A DNA stretch of 64,000 nucleotides from an uncultured Acidobacteriota bacterium (GTDB lineage Bacteria; Acidobacteriota; Vicinamibacteria; Vicinamibacterales; UBA2999), in assembly GCA_963741665.1 (NCBI GenBank), contig CAVUIM010000004.1:957122-1021121 (forward strand). The letters run 5' to 3'. The translations under genes were made by a program, and so were the position numbers. This document shows, in pieces, positions 21,884-31,205 of the stretch. Numbering within the stretch: the stretch's first letter is position 1; each line of letters opens with the position of its first letter. A model generated the notes under the pieces. The model was not told the origin of the DNA. It saw nothing but the letters and a program-made list of their open reading frames with translations, and searched no databases.

Positions 21884-23465
21884 CTAGCGGCCGCCGAGGA
21901 ACACGCTGACGTCGACGGCGAACTCGCGGCCGCGGAAGTCGTCGAACGGCGCGCTCTCGGACGTGAAGGGAAACGCGTTGTAGCCCGCCCGCCCGCCCAC
22001 CGACCAGCGCCGCGTCAGGTGGACGTCGAGACCGGCCTGGAACTGCGTGCCCAGACCGTAGCCGACGCCGCTCGTGCGCAGCACCGGCAGCAGCCCGGCG
22101 CCGACGAACGGCTTCAGCCGCTGCGACGCCACCGCGCCGCGCCACGGGTTCCAGCGCACGCCGAGCGGCACCGCGAAGCCACCGAGGAACGCCTGCGCCT
22201 GCTCGGCGCCGAAGCCCTGCAGGCCGCCGGTGACCGCCCAGCGCTCGCCGAGGTAGTGGCTGACGTGGCCGCCGCCGGCGATGTCGAGCGACGATCCGCC
22301 GAGGGTCGTGCCGCGCGACCCCCAGCCGCCGAGGGTCATCGACAACCGGGTCGTGCCGTCGAGGGCGTATCGACCTCGCGAGTCGTTCTGCGCGTCGTCA
22401 CCACGCAGCCGGGTCGGTTCACGCACCGCCACGGCGAACTGGGCGGCGTCGAGCCGACTGCGGCCGCCGTCGGCGAGGGTGACGCGGGTCCGGCGGCTCG
22501 AACGACCGGCGTCGACCCAGAGGTCGTAGACGCCCGGCTCCAGCCCGAGCGCTACCGTACGGCCGCGCGCTTTGCTGAGCTCGACGACCAGGGCCTGTGC
22601 GGCGGTCCGCACGTAGACGCGGCCCTCGACGTCGTCGCCCAGTTCGAGGGTCGCCGTCGTCTGCGCGACGTCGGTCATCACCACGTCCCCGGCCCCGGTC
22701 AGGTTGATGTCGTAGGACGGATGCTGCGCGCCGCCCGAGGTGCCGGCGGTGCGGCCGACGGTCTCGGCGAAGGCGAACTGGTAGGCCTCGTTGAGCGTGA
22801 CCCGGCCGTCGCCCGACAGATCGGCGGCGCCGCGGAATCCCGACACCAGGTAGTGCGTGAAGTACCGAGGCGCCGATCCGGTCCGACTCCTGCGCCGCCT
22901 CGGTGGCGGCGCTCGAGGTGAGGAAGGCGTGGCCGCGCATGGTCGCCGACGCGTCGACGGCGAACGGCGGCCGGCGGCGGCCGCCCTTGAGCCGCGTGAA
23001 GGCGCCCGAGGCGCAGGCGTCGAGCACGGCGATGCGGACGTCGGCCGGCAGGGCATCGAGCCGGTCGCGCAGCGCGCGATACGACACCCGGTCTTCGCCG
23101 AGCAGCAGCCCCTTCTCGTCGGCGTGGCCTGAGTAGTAGAACAGCACCTCGATCCGTCCGCCGGCACCGGGCGTGCGCCGCTCGGCGGCCAGCCGCGCGC
23201 CGAGCCGCGACAGCGCCCCGAGCAGGTCGTCGGCACTGGGATCGCTGAGCAGCACGTCGTTGCCAGGCGCCACGCCGCCGAGTTCGCTGAGCACCTGACC
23301 GAAGCGCTCGGCGTCGGACACGGCGTAGCGCAGTCGCGGACAATCGTCGCCGCCGAAGTTGGCGCCGACGACCAGGGTGTAGCGCCGCAGGGTGTCGGCG
23401 TCCGCCGGTGGCGCCGCCGCGAGGAGCGTGGCGACGACGAGTGGCACGAGGCGCAGCAGGGTCAT
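21884..23465 (-). pseudogene. caspase-domain (peptidase C14) protein with C-terminal beta-barrel-like domain; frame broken by 1-nt indel near 22862-22870 (possible sequencing error)
   Basis: ORF 22419..23465 gives a signal peptide and the caspase His-Cys dyad (YSGHADEKGLLLGED ... IAVLDACASGAF) up to ...AAQESDRIGA. The adjacent frame (ORF 21884..23236) continues RYFTHYLVSGFRGAADLSGDGRVTLNEAYQFA and a glycine-rich beta-strand domain ending FLGGR. Confidence 0.6.
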
Positions 23466-24226
23466 GGCGTGGGCTCCTTGACGAGCGACAACATCGAGTG
23501 TTCGAGTCCGGGCGGCGGGTCGCCGGCCGGACTGCCGAGGGTGTGCATCACCGTCGCGACGTCGAACGGCGCGTCGCTCGCAAACAGGTGGAAGCGCTCC
23601 CAGCGCGGGGCGTCGTCGAGTTCGAAGGCGTCGTCCAGCAGGACCAGCGTCCCGGCGTGGAGCGGAGCGGCGGTGTCGCCGTCAACCGGATAGTGGCGGG
23701 TGACCGCGCCGCGCCCGTCCACCGAGACGATGGCGCCGAAGCCGGCGCGCGTCGACTGATAGCCCACCCGCAGCACGTCGCCCGCGCGAGCCGGATCGCC
23801 GTCACGCAAGGCTTCGCTGCCCGCGGCGGTCTTGCGATAGACGGCCAGGGCGGCACCGGTGCCCTTGATCCGGGCATCAGCGGTATCGGCGCGGACCGCC
23901 CCGGCGGGGTCGCCCGCGGTGGGCAGCCACGGTGTCGCCGCCAGCGCCACGACGCCGGCTGCGGCCAGTGCCATCGCGGTGCGCCGCGGCCACGTGGACC
24001 GGACCTGGGCCGCCGCCATCGCCTGCCGCGACATCGTGTCGGCCGGGACGAGGGCGCGGATCTCGGCGGTCGAATGCTCGAGGGCCTCGAGTCGGGCCCG
24101 CAGCGCCGGCGACTGGGCCAGCTGGTCGTCGATCGCGCGTGTCGTCGCGGCATCGAGTTCGCCCAGGACGTACTGCTCGAGCCAGAGATCGGGCACCGCT
24201 GCGGCGTCACGTTCGGTGCTGGTCAT
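23462..24226 (-). CDS. anti-sigma factor (single TM, N-terminal zf-HC2-like DLWLEQYVLGEL region)
   Basis: ATG at 24226 overlaps the sigma stop (ATGA). It has a hydrophobic helix MALAAAGVVALAATPWL and a C-terminal periplasmic domain. Its stop overlaps the caspase start (ATGA). Confidence 0.55.
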   Translation of the reverse strand: MTSTERDAAAVPDLWLEQYVLGELDAATTRAIDDQLAQSPALRARLEALEHSTAEIRALVPADTMSRQAMAAAQVRSTWPRRTAMALAAAGVVALAATPWLPTAGDPAGAVRADTADARIKGTGAALAVYRKTAAGSEALRDGDPARAGDVLRVGYQSTRAGFGAIVSVDGRGAVTRHYPVDGDTAAPLHAGTLVLLDDAFELDDAPRWERFHLFASDAPFDVATVMHTLGSPAGDPPPGLEHSMLSLVKEPTP

Positions 24227-24744
24227 GCGTTTGCCTCCCGCAGGCCGTCGCGCAACAGACGCAGGCGGCGGCGCACGCCCGACACCGACAACCCGGTCTG
24301 CGCCGCGGTCTCCTCGAGGGTCAGTCCGTCGACGAAGTGCAGCACGGCGATCGTCCGGCTCGACGCCGGATGGCGCGCGAACAGCCAGTCGAGCAGCAGG
24401 CGGGCGTCGCTCACCGCCCCAGGCTCCTCGGCGCACGCGATGCGCGCCAGCAGCGAGTCGTCGCCGCCGGCCGGCGTGCGGCGCCGGTCGCGAATCCAGT
24501 TGAGGCACACGTTGGTGGCGACGCGGAACAGCAGGCTGGACAGGCCGCGCTGGTCGAGCCGATGGCGCTGCCTGACAATCCGCACGAACACGTCCTGACA
24601 GGCATCCCGGGCGTCCTCCTCGTCGCCGAGGAGTCTCCGGCAACGCCGCAGGACCATCGGTCCGTAGCGACGGGTCAGCGCGGTGACATCCGACTCGGCG
24701 AGCACGTGTCTCCCTTCAACACCACGGCAGGGAGAAAGTGTCAC
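24223..24744 (-). CDS. RNA polymerase sigma factor, ECF (sigma-70 region 2 / region 4) family
   Basis: Region 2 (DVFVRIVRQRHRLDQRGLSSLLFRVATNVCLNWIRDRRR) and region 4 HTH (LTLEETAAQTGLSVSGVRRRL). Confidence 0.8.
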   Translation of the reverse strand: MTLSPCRGVEGRHVLAESDVTALTRRYGPMVLRRCRRLLGDEEDARDACQDVFVRIVRQRHRLDQRGLSSLLFRVATNVCLNWIRDRRRTPAGGDDSLLARIACAEEPGAVSDARLLLDWLFARHPASSRTIAVLHFVDGLTLEETAAQTGLSVSGVRRRLRLLRDGLREANA

Positions 24745-24762
24745 CCAGGGGACGGCCCCTGG

Positions 24763-25764
24763 CTACGAGTCGAGCAGGCGGGCCGCCAGGTCGGCGTAGA
24801 GCTCCACGGCCCGCTCCAGGTCGGCGATCGCGACGTGCTCGCGGTCGGTGTGCGCCACGTGGATGGTGCCGGGGCCGAGCAGGAGCGGGGTGCCCCAGTT
24901 GGTCAGGAACGGGACGTCGCTGAAGTAGGCGAACACCTCGGTCGCGAAGCCGGGCACCGTGTGCAAGCGGACGGCCGGGAGCTCGAGGATCTCCTGGACG
25001 TCGACCCGGCCGGCCACCGCCGCGGTCAGCGCCGCGCGCAGCGCGTCGTGCCCGCCCACGGTGCGGAAGAACACCTCGGCTTCGGCGCGTGGCGGAATCA
25101 CGTTCGGCGCGACGCCGCCGCTGATGAGCCCGACGGTGTAGTGGGTGCGGCCGAGCAGCGGATCGTCCGGCCAGCTGCCGGCGCGCAGGTCGTGCAGCAC
25201 GTCGAGGAGCTTCTCGATCGCCGATTCGCCGAGCTCCGGGTAGCCCGAGTGCGCTGCCCGGCCATGCGCCGTGAGCCGCACGCGGAAGCAGCCGCGGGTG
25301 GCCAGCCCGAGCTTCAACTCGGTCGGCTCGCCGTTGATGAGATACCGCGACTTCGAGGCGATGGTGTTGGCCGCCTTGGCGCCGTCGCTGCCCCGCTCTT
25401 CACCGGCGACGAACACCAGGCCGACGCGGGTCTCGCCAGCGGCGCGCAGCCGCTCGGCGGCCGCGACCTGCGCCGCCAGGATGCCCTTGGCGTCGCAGGC
25501 GCCGCGGCCGTACAGCACGCCGCCCTCGACCCGGCTCGGGAAGAACGGCGGCACGCAGTCGAAGTGCGTCGAGAACACCAGCTCCGGCTCGCCGACGGCC
25601 GCGATCACGTTGATGCGATCGTTGTCGAGCGGCTGTTCGAGCACCGAGTAGCCGCGCTCCCGCAGGTAGCCGGCCAGCACCCGGCCGACCGCGCCCTCCT
25701 GCCCGGTGGTGGACTCGATGTCGACGAGGGTGCGCGACAGGCCGACGACGTCTACCGGATCCAC
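24763..25764 (-). CDS. dapE: M20-family metallopeptidase, probable succinyl-diaminopimelate desuccinylase
   Basis: STHFDCVPP...GRGACDAKG...AGEERGSDGAKA M20 motifs. GTG start at 25764 (VDPVDVVGLSRTLVDIESTTGQE) overlaps the dapD stop. The long N-terminal part of listed ORF 24763..26157 is out of frame and covered by dapD. Confidence 0.7.
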   Translation of the reverse strand: MDPVDVVGLSRTLVDIESTTGQEGAVGRVLAGYLRERGYSVLEQPLDNDRINVIAAVGEPELVFSTHFDCVPPFFPSRVEGGVLYGRGACDAKGILAAQVAAAERLRAAGETRVGLVFVAGEERGSDGAKAANTIASKSRYLINGEPTELKLGLATRGCFRVRLTAHGRAAHSGYPELGESAIEKLLDVLHDLRAGSWPDDPLLGRTHYTVGLISGGVAPNVIPPRAEAEVFFRTVGGHDALRAALTAAVAGRVDVQEILELPAVRLHTVPGFATEVFAYFSDVPFLTNWGTPLLLGPGTIHVAHTDREHVAIADLERAVELYADLAARLLDS

Positions 25765-26588
25765 TGTTCGAGCTCCGTACGGGTGTCGGTCTTGTCGTCG
25801 CGGTACTTGACGATCACCGGCGTCGCCAGCGACAGCCCCCAGTCCTTGCCGGCGCCGACGCTGACCGACCGCGCGCCGGGCACGACCACGGCGCCTTCCG
25901 GCACGACCAGCGGCTGCCCTGGCTCCGGCTTGATGATGCGGCCGTTCGGCAGGTCGTAGAGCGGCGTCGAGCCGGTGAGCACGGTGCCCGCCGCGATGAC
26001 CGCGCGCCGTTTCACGACCGCGCCTTCGTAGATGCCGGTGTTGCCGCCGACCAGCACGTCGTCCTCGATGACCACCGGCATCGCGCCGACTGGCTCGATG
26101 ACGCCGCCGATCTGGGCCGCGGCGCTGATGTGCACACGCGCGCCGACCTGCGCGCACGATCCGACCAGGGCGTGGGAATCGACCAGCGTGCCGTCGCCGA
26201 CGTAGGCGCCGATGTTGATGTACATCGGCGGCATGCAGATGACGCCCTGGCCGAGATACGCGCCGGCGCGCACCGACGAGCCGCCCGGCACGATGCGGAC
26301 GCCGGCGTGAGCGCCGGGCCGTTTCAAGGGCATCGTGTCCTTGTCGTAGAACGGCCAGTCGCCCATCGACATGTCGCGCAGGACGCCGAAGCGGAAGCCG
26401 AGCAGGATGCCCTGCTTCACCCAGGTGTTCACGCGCCAGCCGGTCGGCGACGCCGCATCCGGTTCGGCGGCCCGCACATCTCCGGCACCGAGCCGTTCCT
26501 GCAGCTGCCGGAACGCCTCGCGCGCGTCGCCCTTGTCGGCGTCCGCGCCAGCGGCGGCCAGCGCCTCGATCGTGCCCTGTAGATTCAT
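25752..26588 (-). CDS. dapD: 2,3,4,5-tetrahydropyridine-2,6-dicarboxylate N-succinyltransferase
   Basis: Hexapeptide-repeat acyltransferase with DapD-type N-terminus MNLQGTIEALAAAGADADK...WRVNTWVKQGILLGFR. Confidence 0.85.
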   Translation of the reverse strand: MNLQGTIEALAAAGADADKGDAREAFRQLQERLGAGDVRAAEPDAASPTGWRVNTWVKQGILLGFRFGVLRDMSMGDWPFYDKDTMPLKRPGAHAGVRIVPGGSSVRAGAYLGQGVICMPPMYINIGAYVGDGTLVDSHALVGSCAQVGARVHISAAAQIGGVIEPVGAMPVVIEDDVLVGGNTGIYEGAVVKRRAVIAAGTVLTGSTPLYDLPNGRIIKPEPGQPLVVPEGAVVVPGARSVSVGAGKDWGLSLATPVIVKYRDDKTDTRTELEQWIR

Positions 26589-26601
26589 GGTGACGGATGT
26601 C

Positions 26602-27507
26602 CTACGCTGCTTCGCTCGACACGATCGGCAGGTTCAGCTCGCGCAGCACGGCGAGCACCTTGTCGCGCGAGCCCTGGCGCGGCGGCACCATCGGCAGGCG
26701 GAACACTTCCTCGCACAGGCCCATCGCCGCCATCGCGAACTTCACCGGGCCGGGGCTCGACTCGCAGAAGTTCACCAGCATGATGCCGAGCAGGCGCTGG
26801 TGCAGCGCCCGCGCCGTGACGTAGTCGCCACGCTCGGCTGCTGCCACCAGCTGCGCCATCTCACCAGGAATCTGATTCGAGCACACCGAGATGATGCCGT
26901 GGCCGCCGATGGCCATGAGCGGCAACGTGAGCGCGTCGTCGCCCGAGAGCACCAGAAAATCGTTGGGCACGGCGTTGACGATCTCGGCCATCTGGGTCAT
27001 GTTGCCGGCCGCCTCCTTCACGCCGACGATGGTCGGGATGGTGGCCAGGCGGGCCAGCGTCGTCGCATCGACGTTGCAGCCGGTGCGGCCCGGCACGTTG
27101 TAGACGACGATCGGCAGCGGCGTGGCGTCGGCGACGGCGCGGTAGTGCTGGTAGAGCCCTTCGGGGGTCGGACGGTTGTAGTACGGGGTGACGGACAGCA
27201 GGCCGGTGGCGCCGGCCGCGTGCATCTCGGCGGCGGCGTGGGCGACTTCGCGGGTGTCGTAGCCGCCGGCGCCGGCCAGCACCGGCGTCGTGCCGCCGGC
27301 TTCGTCGACGACGATCTCCACCACGTGCCGCCGCTCCTCGGCACTCAATGTCGGCACCTCGCCGGTGGTGCCGCACGGCACCAGGAAATGAATCCCGAGG
27401 TCGATTTGCCGGCGGGCCAGCCGTCTGACGGCGGCCTCATCGACCGCGCCGGAGCTCGTGAAGGGAGTGATGAGGGCCGTGCCGACGCCGGTGAACGCAG
27501 TTCGCAT
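26602..27507 (-). CDS. dapA: 4-hydroxy-tetrahydrodipicolinate synthase
   Basis: GVGTALITPF...VPCGTTGE...VYNVPGRTG and the catalytic Lys in IVGVKEA, all DapA signatures. Confidence 0.95.
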   Translation of the reverse strand: MRTAFTGVGTALITPFTSSGAVDEAAVRRLARRQIDLGIHFLVPCGTTGEVPTLSAEERRHVVEIVVDEAGGTTPVLAGAGGYDTREVAHAAAEMHAAGATGLLSVTPYYNRPTPEGLYQHYRAVADATPLPIVVYNVPGRTGCNVDATTLARLATIPTIVGVKEAAGNMTQMAEIVNAVPNDFLVLSGDDALTLPLMAIGGHGIISVCSNQIPGEMAQLVAAAERGDYVTARALHQRLLGIMLVNFCESSPGPVKFAMAAMGLCEEVFRLPMVPPRQGSRDKVLAVLRELNLPIVSSEAA

Positions 27508-27508
27508 G

Positions 27509-28204
27509 TCAGTCTCCAGGAGTTCGAGTCGTCAAAACGTCGCGCATGGTGTACCAGCCGCGCCGGCCGACCAGCCAGCGCGCCGCTTCGAGCGCGCCGC
27601 GGGCGAAGACGCCGCGGTCGCGGACCTGATGCGTGAGGGTGACGGTCTCTGACGGACCGTCGAAGCCGATGGTGTGAGTGCCGGGGATGGACCCGGCGCG
27701 GGTGGCGGCGACGTCGATGTCGCGGGTGTATCCGGACTCGACCATCGCCCGCTGCAGCATGAGGGCGGTGCCGGAGGGGGCGTCTTTCTTGGCGGCGTGA
27801 TGGAGTTCGTGGATCCACGCGCCGACGTCCTCGCGCGCCGCGAACAGCCGGGCGGCGTCTTCGGCCAGCAGCATGAACAGGTTCATGCCGAGCGAGAAGT
27901 TGGCCGACGCCACCACGCCGATTCCGGTGCGCTCGGCCTCGGCCTTGAGCGCCGCTTCGTGCGCCAGCCAGCCCGTGGTGCCGATGACGACGTTGATGCC
28001 GCGTGACGCCAGCTGCGGCAGGTTCACCGGCACCGCTTCGGGCACGGTGAAGTCGATGGCGACGTCGACCCGGCCGTAGTCGCGGGTGAAGGCGTCGGCG
28101 TCGCGTTCGGTCACCGCCGCGACCAGCTCGAAGCCGTAGGTCGGCGCCAGGCTTTCGACGATCTGCCCCATCCGCCCGTGGCCGACCAGCAGCAGACGGT
28201 TCAC
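27509..28204 (-). CDS. dapB: 4-hydroxy-tetrahydrodipicolinate reductase
   Basis: MNRLLLVGHGRMGQ Rossmann N-terminus and EL/IHHAAKKDAPSGTA DapB motif. Confidence 0.9.
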   Translation of the reverse strand: MNRLLLVGHGRMGQIVESLAPTYGFELVAAVTERDADAFTRDYGRVDVAIDFTVPEAVPVNLPQLASRGINVVIGTTGWLAHEAALKAEAERTGIGVVASANFSLGMNLFMLLAEDAARLFAAREDVGAWIHELHHAAKKDAPSGTALMLQRAMVESGYTRDIDVAATRAGSIPGTHTIGFDGPSETVTLTHQVRDRGVFARGALEAARWLVGRRGWYTMRDVLTTRTPGD

Positions 28205-29601
28205 GGCCGGGCCCCGGCGCCGGCCGGCGCGAAGAAGTGGTCGTGCAGACGGCCAAGGGCCCTGGGCACGTCCGACTCGGGAATCACGAAGGTGATGTTA
28301 CGGCGAGATGCCGCCTGCGAGAGCATTCGTACCGGAACGTCTCCAAGCGCCTGGAGGACGTGCCCGACCAGCGTCGGGTCCTGCTGCAGCCCCTCGCCCA
28401 CCGCGCAGACGATGGCCATGTCTGGTTCGCAGTCGACCTCGGCGAAATCCGACAGCGCCGCGACGATCTCGGGCAGCCGGCGGCGGTCGTCGACGGTGAC
28501 CGACACGCTCACCTCGGAGGTGGTCACGACGTCCACCGGCGTCTTGTGGCGCTCGAACGCCTCGAACAGCCGGCGCAGGAAGCCGTGCGCCATCAGCATC
28601 CGCGTCGAGGTGATGTCGACCACCGTGACGTGCTTCTTCGACGCCAGCGCGGTGAGCGGACGGTCGCTGGCCGGGCGATCGGCGGTGATGAGCGTGCCCG
28701 GGGCGTCGGCGCGCTTCGAATTCAGGATACGCACCGGGATGTTGCGGGCGACGGCCGGCTGGATCGTCGCCGGGTGCAGCACCTTGGCGCCGAAATAGGC
28801 CAGCTCTGAGGCCTCGGCGAACGACAGATGCGGCACCACCTGCGGCGCCGCGACCACCCGGGGATCGGCGGTGAGCATGCCGTCCACGTCGGTCCAGATC
28901 TGGATCTCGCGGGCGCCGAGACAGGCCCCGACGATGGCGCCCGAGAAGTCCGACCCGCCCCGGCCCAGCGTGGTGGTGACACCGGCCTCGTTGGCGCCGA
29001 CGAACCCGCCGAGCACCGGGACCTTGCCGTCCGCGAGCAGCGGGTTGGCCAGCGTCATCAGCGCGGCCGTCGTCTCCGGATACTTCGGCGCGGCGGCCTG
29101 ATGCTCGCCGCTCGTGACGATGGCCTGGCGCGCGTCCACCCACGCGCCGTCGAGTCCGTGCGAGGCGAGCGCCGCGGCGACCAGCCGGCTGCTGACGATC
29201 TCGCCGGCCGCGGCGATGGTGTCGAACCAGCGCGGCGACACCTCGCGCAGCACGCTCAGCGCCGCGGCGATCCGCTCGAGCTCGTCGAACTCGCGGTCGA
29301 TGTCGGCCTGCGCCGCCGCCCGCAGCCCGGCGTCGCGCACGACCTCGCACACCGTCATGTGCCGGGCCCGCAGATCGCGCAGGTTGTGCCGCGCGCCTTC
29401 GGCATCGCCGGCCCCGGCCTCGGCCGCCACGCCGAGCAGCCGGTCGGTCACGCCCGACAGCGCCGACACCACCACCACCGGCCCGCGCACGCCGTGCCCT
29501 TCGGCCACGTCGCGTTCGCGCTGGCGCCGCACGATCGCCATCAGCCGCTCGATCGCCGCCTGATCCGCCACCGACGTTCCACCGAACTTCATCACTACCA
29601 T
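28201..29601 (-). CDS. lysC: aspartate kinase (with tandem ACT domains)
   Basis: MVVMKFGGTSVAD...VVVSALSGVTD kinase signature, 466 aa. ATGA overlap with dapB. Confidence 0.95.
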   Translation of the reverse strand: MVVMKFGGTSVADQAAIERLMAIVRRQRERDVAEGHGVRGPVVVVSALSGVTDRLLGVAAEAGAGDAEGARHNLRDLRARHMTVCEVVRDAGLRAAAQADIDREFDELERIAAALSVLREVSPRWFDTIAAAGEIVSSRLVAAALASHGLDGAWVDARQAIVTSGEHQAAAPKYPETTAALMTLANPLLADGKVPVLGGFVGANEAGVTTTLGRGGSDFSGAIVGACLGAREIQIWTDVDGMLTADPRVVAAPQVVPHLSFAEASELAYFGAKVLHPATIQPAVARNIPVRILNSKRADAPGTLITADRPASDRPLTALASKKHVTVVDITSTRMLMAHGFLRRLFEAFERHKTPVDVVTTSEVSVSVTVDDRRRLPEIVAALSDFAEVDCEPDMAIVCAVGEGLQQDPTLVGHVLQALGDVPVRMLSQAASRRNITFVIPESDVPRALGRLHDHFFAPAGAGARP

Positions 29602-29633
29602 CTATTCCTCGCTCGCTTCGCTCGCTCGCAGAT

Positions 29634-29658
29634 CAGGGAACAGGGAACAGGGAGCAGG
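29634..29658. repeat. CAGGGAACAGGGAACAGGGAGCAGG: 3.5 inverted copies of the downstream heptamer array (can pair with it)
   Basis: Reverse complement of the CTGTTCC repeat unit. Located 33-57 nt upstream of the lysC start codon on the minus strand. Confidence 0.8.
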
Positions 29659-29712
29659 TAGAGCGCTTGTCTCGCTCCAACGGTGTCACGATGCCGTCAG
29701 CCTGTACCGTGC

Positions 29713-29756
<44 letters not shown>

Positions 29757-29794
29757 GCATCCGCGTCCGTGTCCCGTGCTCTTATCTGTGTCTC

Positions 29795-29897
29795 CCCTGT
29801 TCCCTGTTCCCTGTTCCCTGTTCCCTGTTCCCTGTTCCCTGTTCCCTGTTCCCTGTTCCCTGTTCCCTGTTCCCTGTTCCCTGTTCCCTGTTCCCTG
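29795..29897. repeat. heptanucleotide tandem repeat (CCCTGTT)x14.7, perfect
   Basis: 103 nt of uninterrupted CCCTGTT units in the asd-lysC intergenic region. On the minus-strand mRNA this reads (CAGGGAA)n. Confidence 0.95.
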
Positions 29898-29905
29898 ACG
29901 TGTCA

Positions 29906-30949
29906 CTAGACGATGCCCTCCGCCACCATCAGCTCCGCATTGAGAATCGCCGCGCCGGCGGCGCCACGCACCACGTTGTGGGCCATGGCCACGAACTTCA
30001 CGTGGAAGACCGGGCAGGAGCGCACGCGGCCGACGCAGACCGCCATGCCGTCGCCGCGACCGGCGTCGAGGCGCGGCTGCGGGCGATTCGGCTCGGTCAT
30101 CACCTCGATGGCCGGCACCGGGGCACTGGGCAGACCCAGTTCCTGCGGCCGGCCGCGGAAGGCGCGCATCGCCTCGATCACCTGGGCCACCTCGGGCGCC
30201 GATTCGAACTCGACCGACACGGTCATCGTGTGGCCGTCGAGCACCGGCACGCGGTTGGTGTGGGCGCTGATCCGCACCCCGTGGGGCACCCGGCCGCCGT
30301 CGCCGCCGAGAATCTTCTGCGTCTCGATCTCCATCTTCTCTTCCTCGCCGCCGATGAACGGGACGATGTTGCCGAGGATGTCGAGCGACGGGACGCCCGG
30401 ATAGCCGGCGCCGGACACCGCCTGCATCGTGCTCACCACCAGGCGGCTGAGCCCGAACTGGCGCAGCGGCGCCAGCGCCGAGGCCAGCACGATGGTCGAG
30501 CAGTTGGGATTGGTGACGATCGCGCCGCTCCAGCCCTTGGCGGCGCGCTGCTCGGCGATCAGGCCGAGGTGGTCGGCGTTGACTTCGGGAATCAGCAGCG
30601 GCACCAGCGGATCCATGCGGTAGTTGCGGGCGTTGCTGACCACGATGTGGCCGGCGGCGGCGAAGGCCCCCTCGACCTCGCCGGCCACCGAGGCGTCGAG
30701 CCCCGAGAAGACGATCTGGGGTGCCTGGCCCGGCACGCACGCGTGCACGGTACGGGCCGCGGCCTCGGCCGGCAGCGGCGCGGCCAGCCGCCACGGCGCC
30801 GCCGCCGCGTAGGCTTTGCCTTCGGAGCGCTCGCTGGCCGCCAGCCACACCGGCTTGAACCACGGGTGCCGCGACAGCCGTGACACGAAATGCTGGCCGA
30901 CCACCCCGGTGGCCCCCAGCACGCCCACTTCGATCGTCCGCTGCGCCAT
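29906..30949 (-). CDS. asd: aspartate-semialdehyde dehydrogenase
   Basis: MAQRTIEVGVLGATGVVGQ, catalytic Cys in NPNCSTI and VSGAGY motif. Confidence 0.95.
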   Translation of the reverse strand: MAQRTIEVGVLGATGVVGQHFVSRLSRHPWFKPVWLAASERSEGKAYAAAAPWRLAAPLPAEAAARTVHACVPGQAPQIVFSGLDASVAGEVEGAFAAAGHIVVSNARNYRMDPLVPLLIPEVNADHLGLIAEQRAAKGWSGAIVTNPNCSTIVLASALAPLRQFGLSRLVVSTMQAVSGAGYPGVPSLDILGNIVPFIGGEEEKMEIETQKILGGDGGRVPHGVRISAHTNRVPVLDGHTMTVSVEFESAPEVAQVIEAMRAFRGRPQELGLPSAPVPAIEVMTEPNRPQPRLDAGRGDGMAVCVGRVRSCPVFHVKFVAMAHNVVRGAAGAAILNAELMVAEGIV

Positions 30950-30995
30950 GAACCTGTCTCCGCCCTTTCCGCTGAACCGTCTGAAGATCGCCCTG

Positions 30996-31033
30996 AAAAC
31001 ACGAAACCCGCCATGCGCTCCGTGCGCTGGCGG
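30996..31033 (-). terminator. intrinsic-terminator-like hairpin (CCCGCCA-N14-UGGCGGG + UUUCGUGUUUUC) located only about 45 nt upstream of the asd start codon, inside its leader
   Basis: Minus-strand RNA CCCGCCAGCGCACGGAGCGCAUGGCGGGUUUCGUGUUUUC. Upstream of it, a 14-15-bp hairpin (31085-31140) has a 3' arm (GUGGCGGAG) that can alternatively pair with the terminator 5' arm. Confidence 0.45.
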
Positions 31034-31165
31034 GTAGCTGGGTGCCCGAGAGTGGACGTCTGTCCTGGTCTAGGTGCGCACCTTGCCCTCCGCCACGAGT
31101 CGCTTTCGCGTCGCACGCTTTCGAGTGGCGGAGAGGGCGGTGAGGACCGTCATCGGAACCCGAGC

Positions 31166-31196
31166 AGTATAGAAGCCCGCCGGCGCGAGCGTCAAG
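31166..31196 (-). promoter_or_regulatory. candidate sigma-70-type promoter (CTTGAC-N19-TATACT) for the asd-lysC-dap operon
   Basis: Hexamers read on the minus strand. Spacer is slightly long, so confidence is low. Confidence 0.3.
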
Positions 31197-31205
31197 CCCG
31201 CGCGC

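Noticed and set aside
29795-29897. CRISPR array hypothesis for the heptamer repeats
   Set aside because: Units are 7 nt with no spacers and no cas genes. It is a microsatellite-like array.
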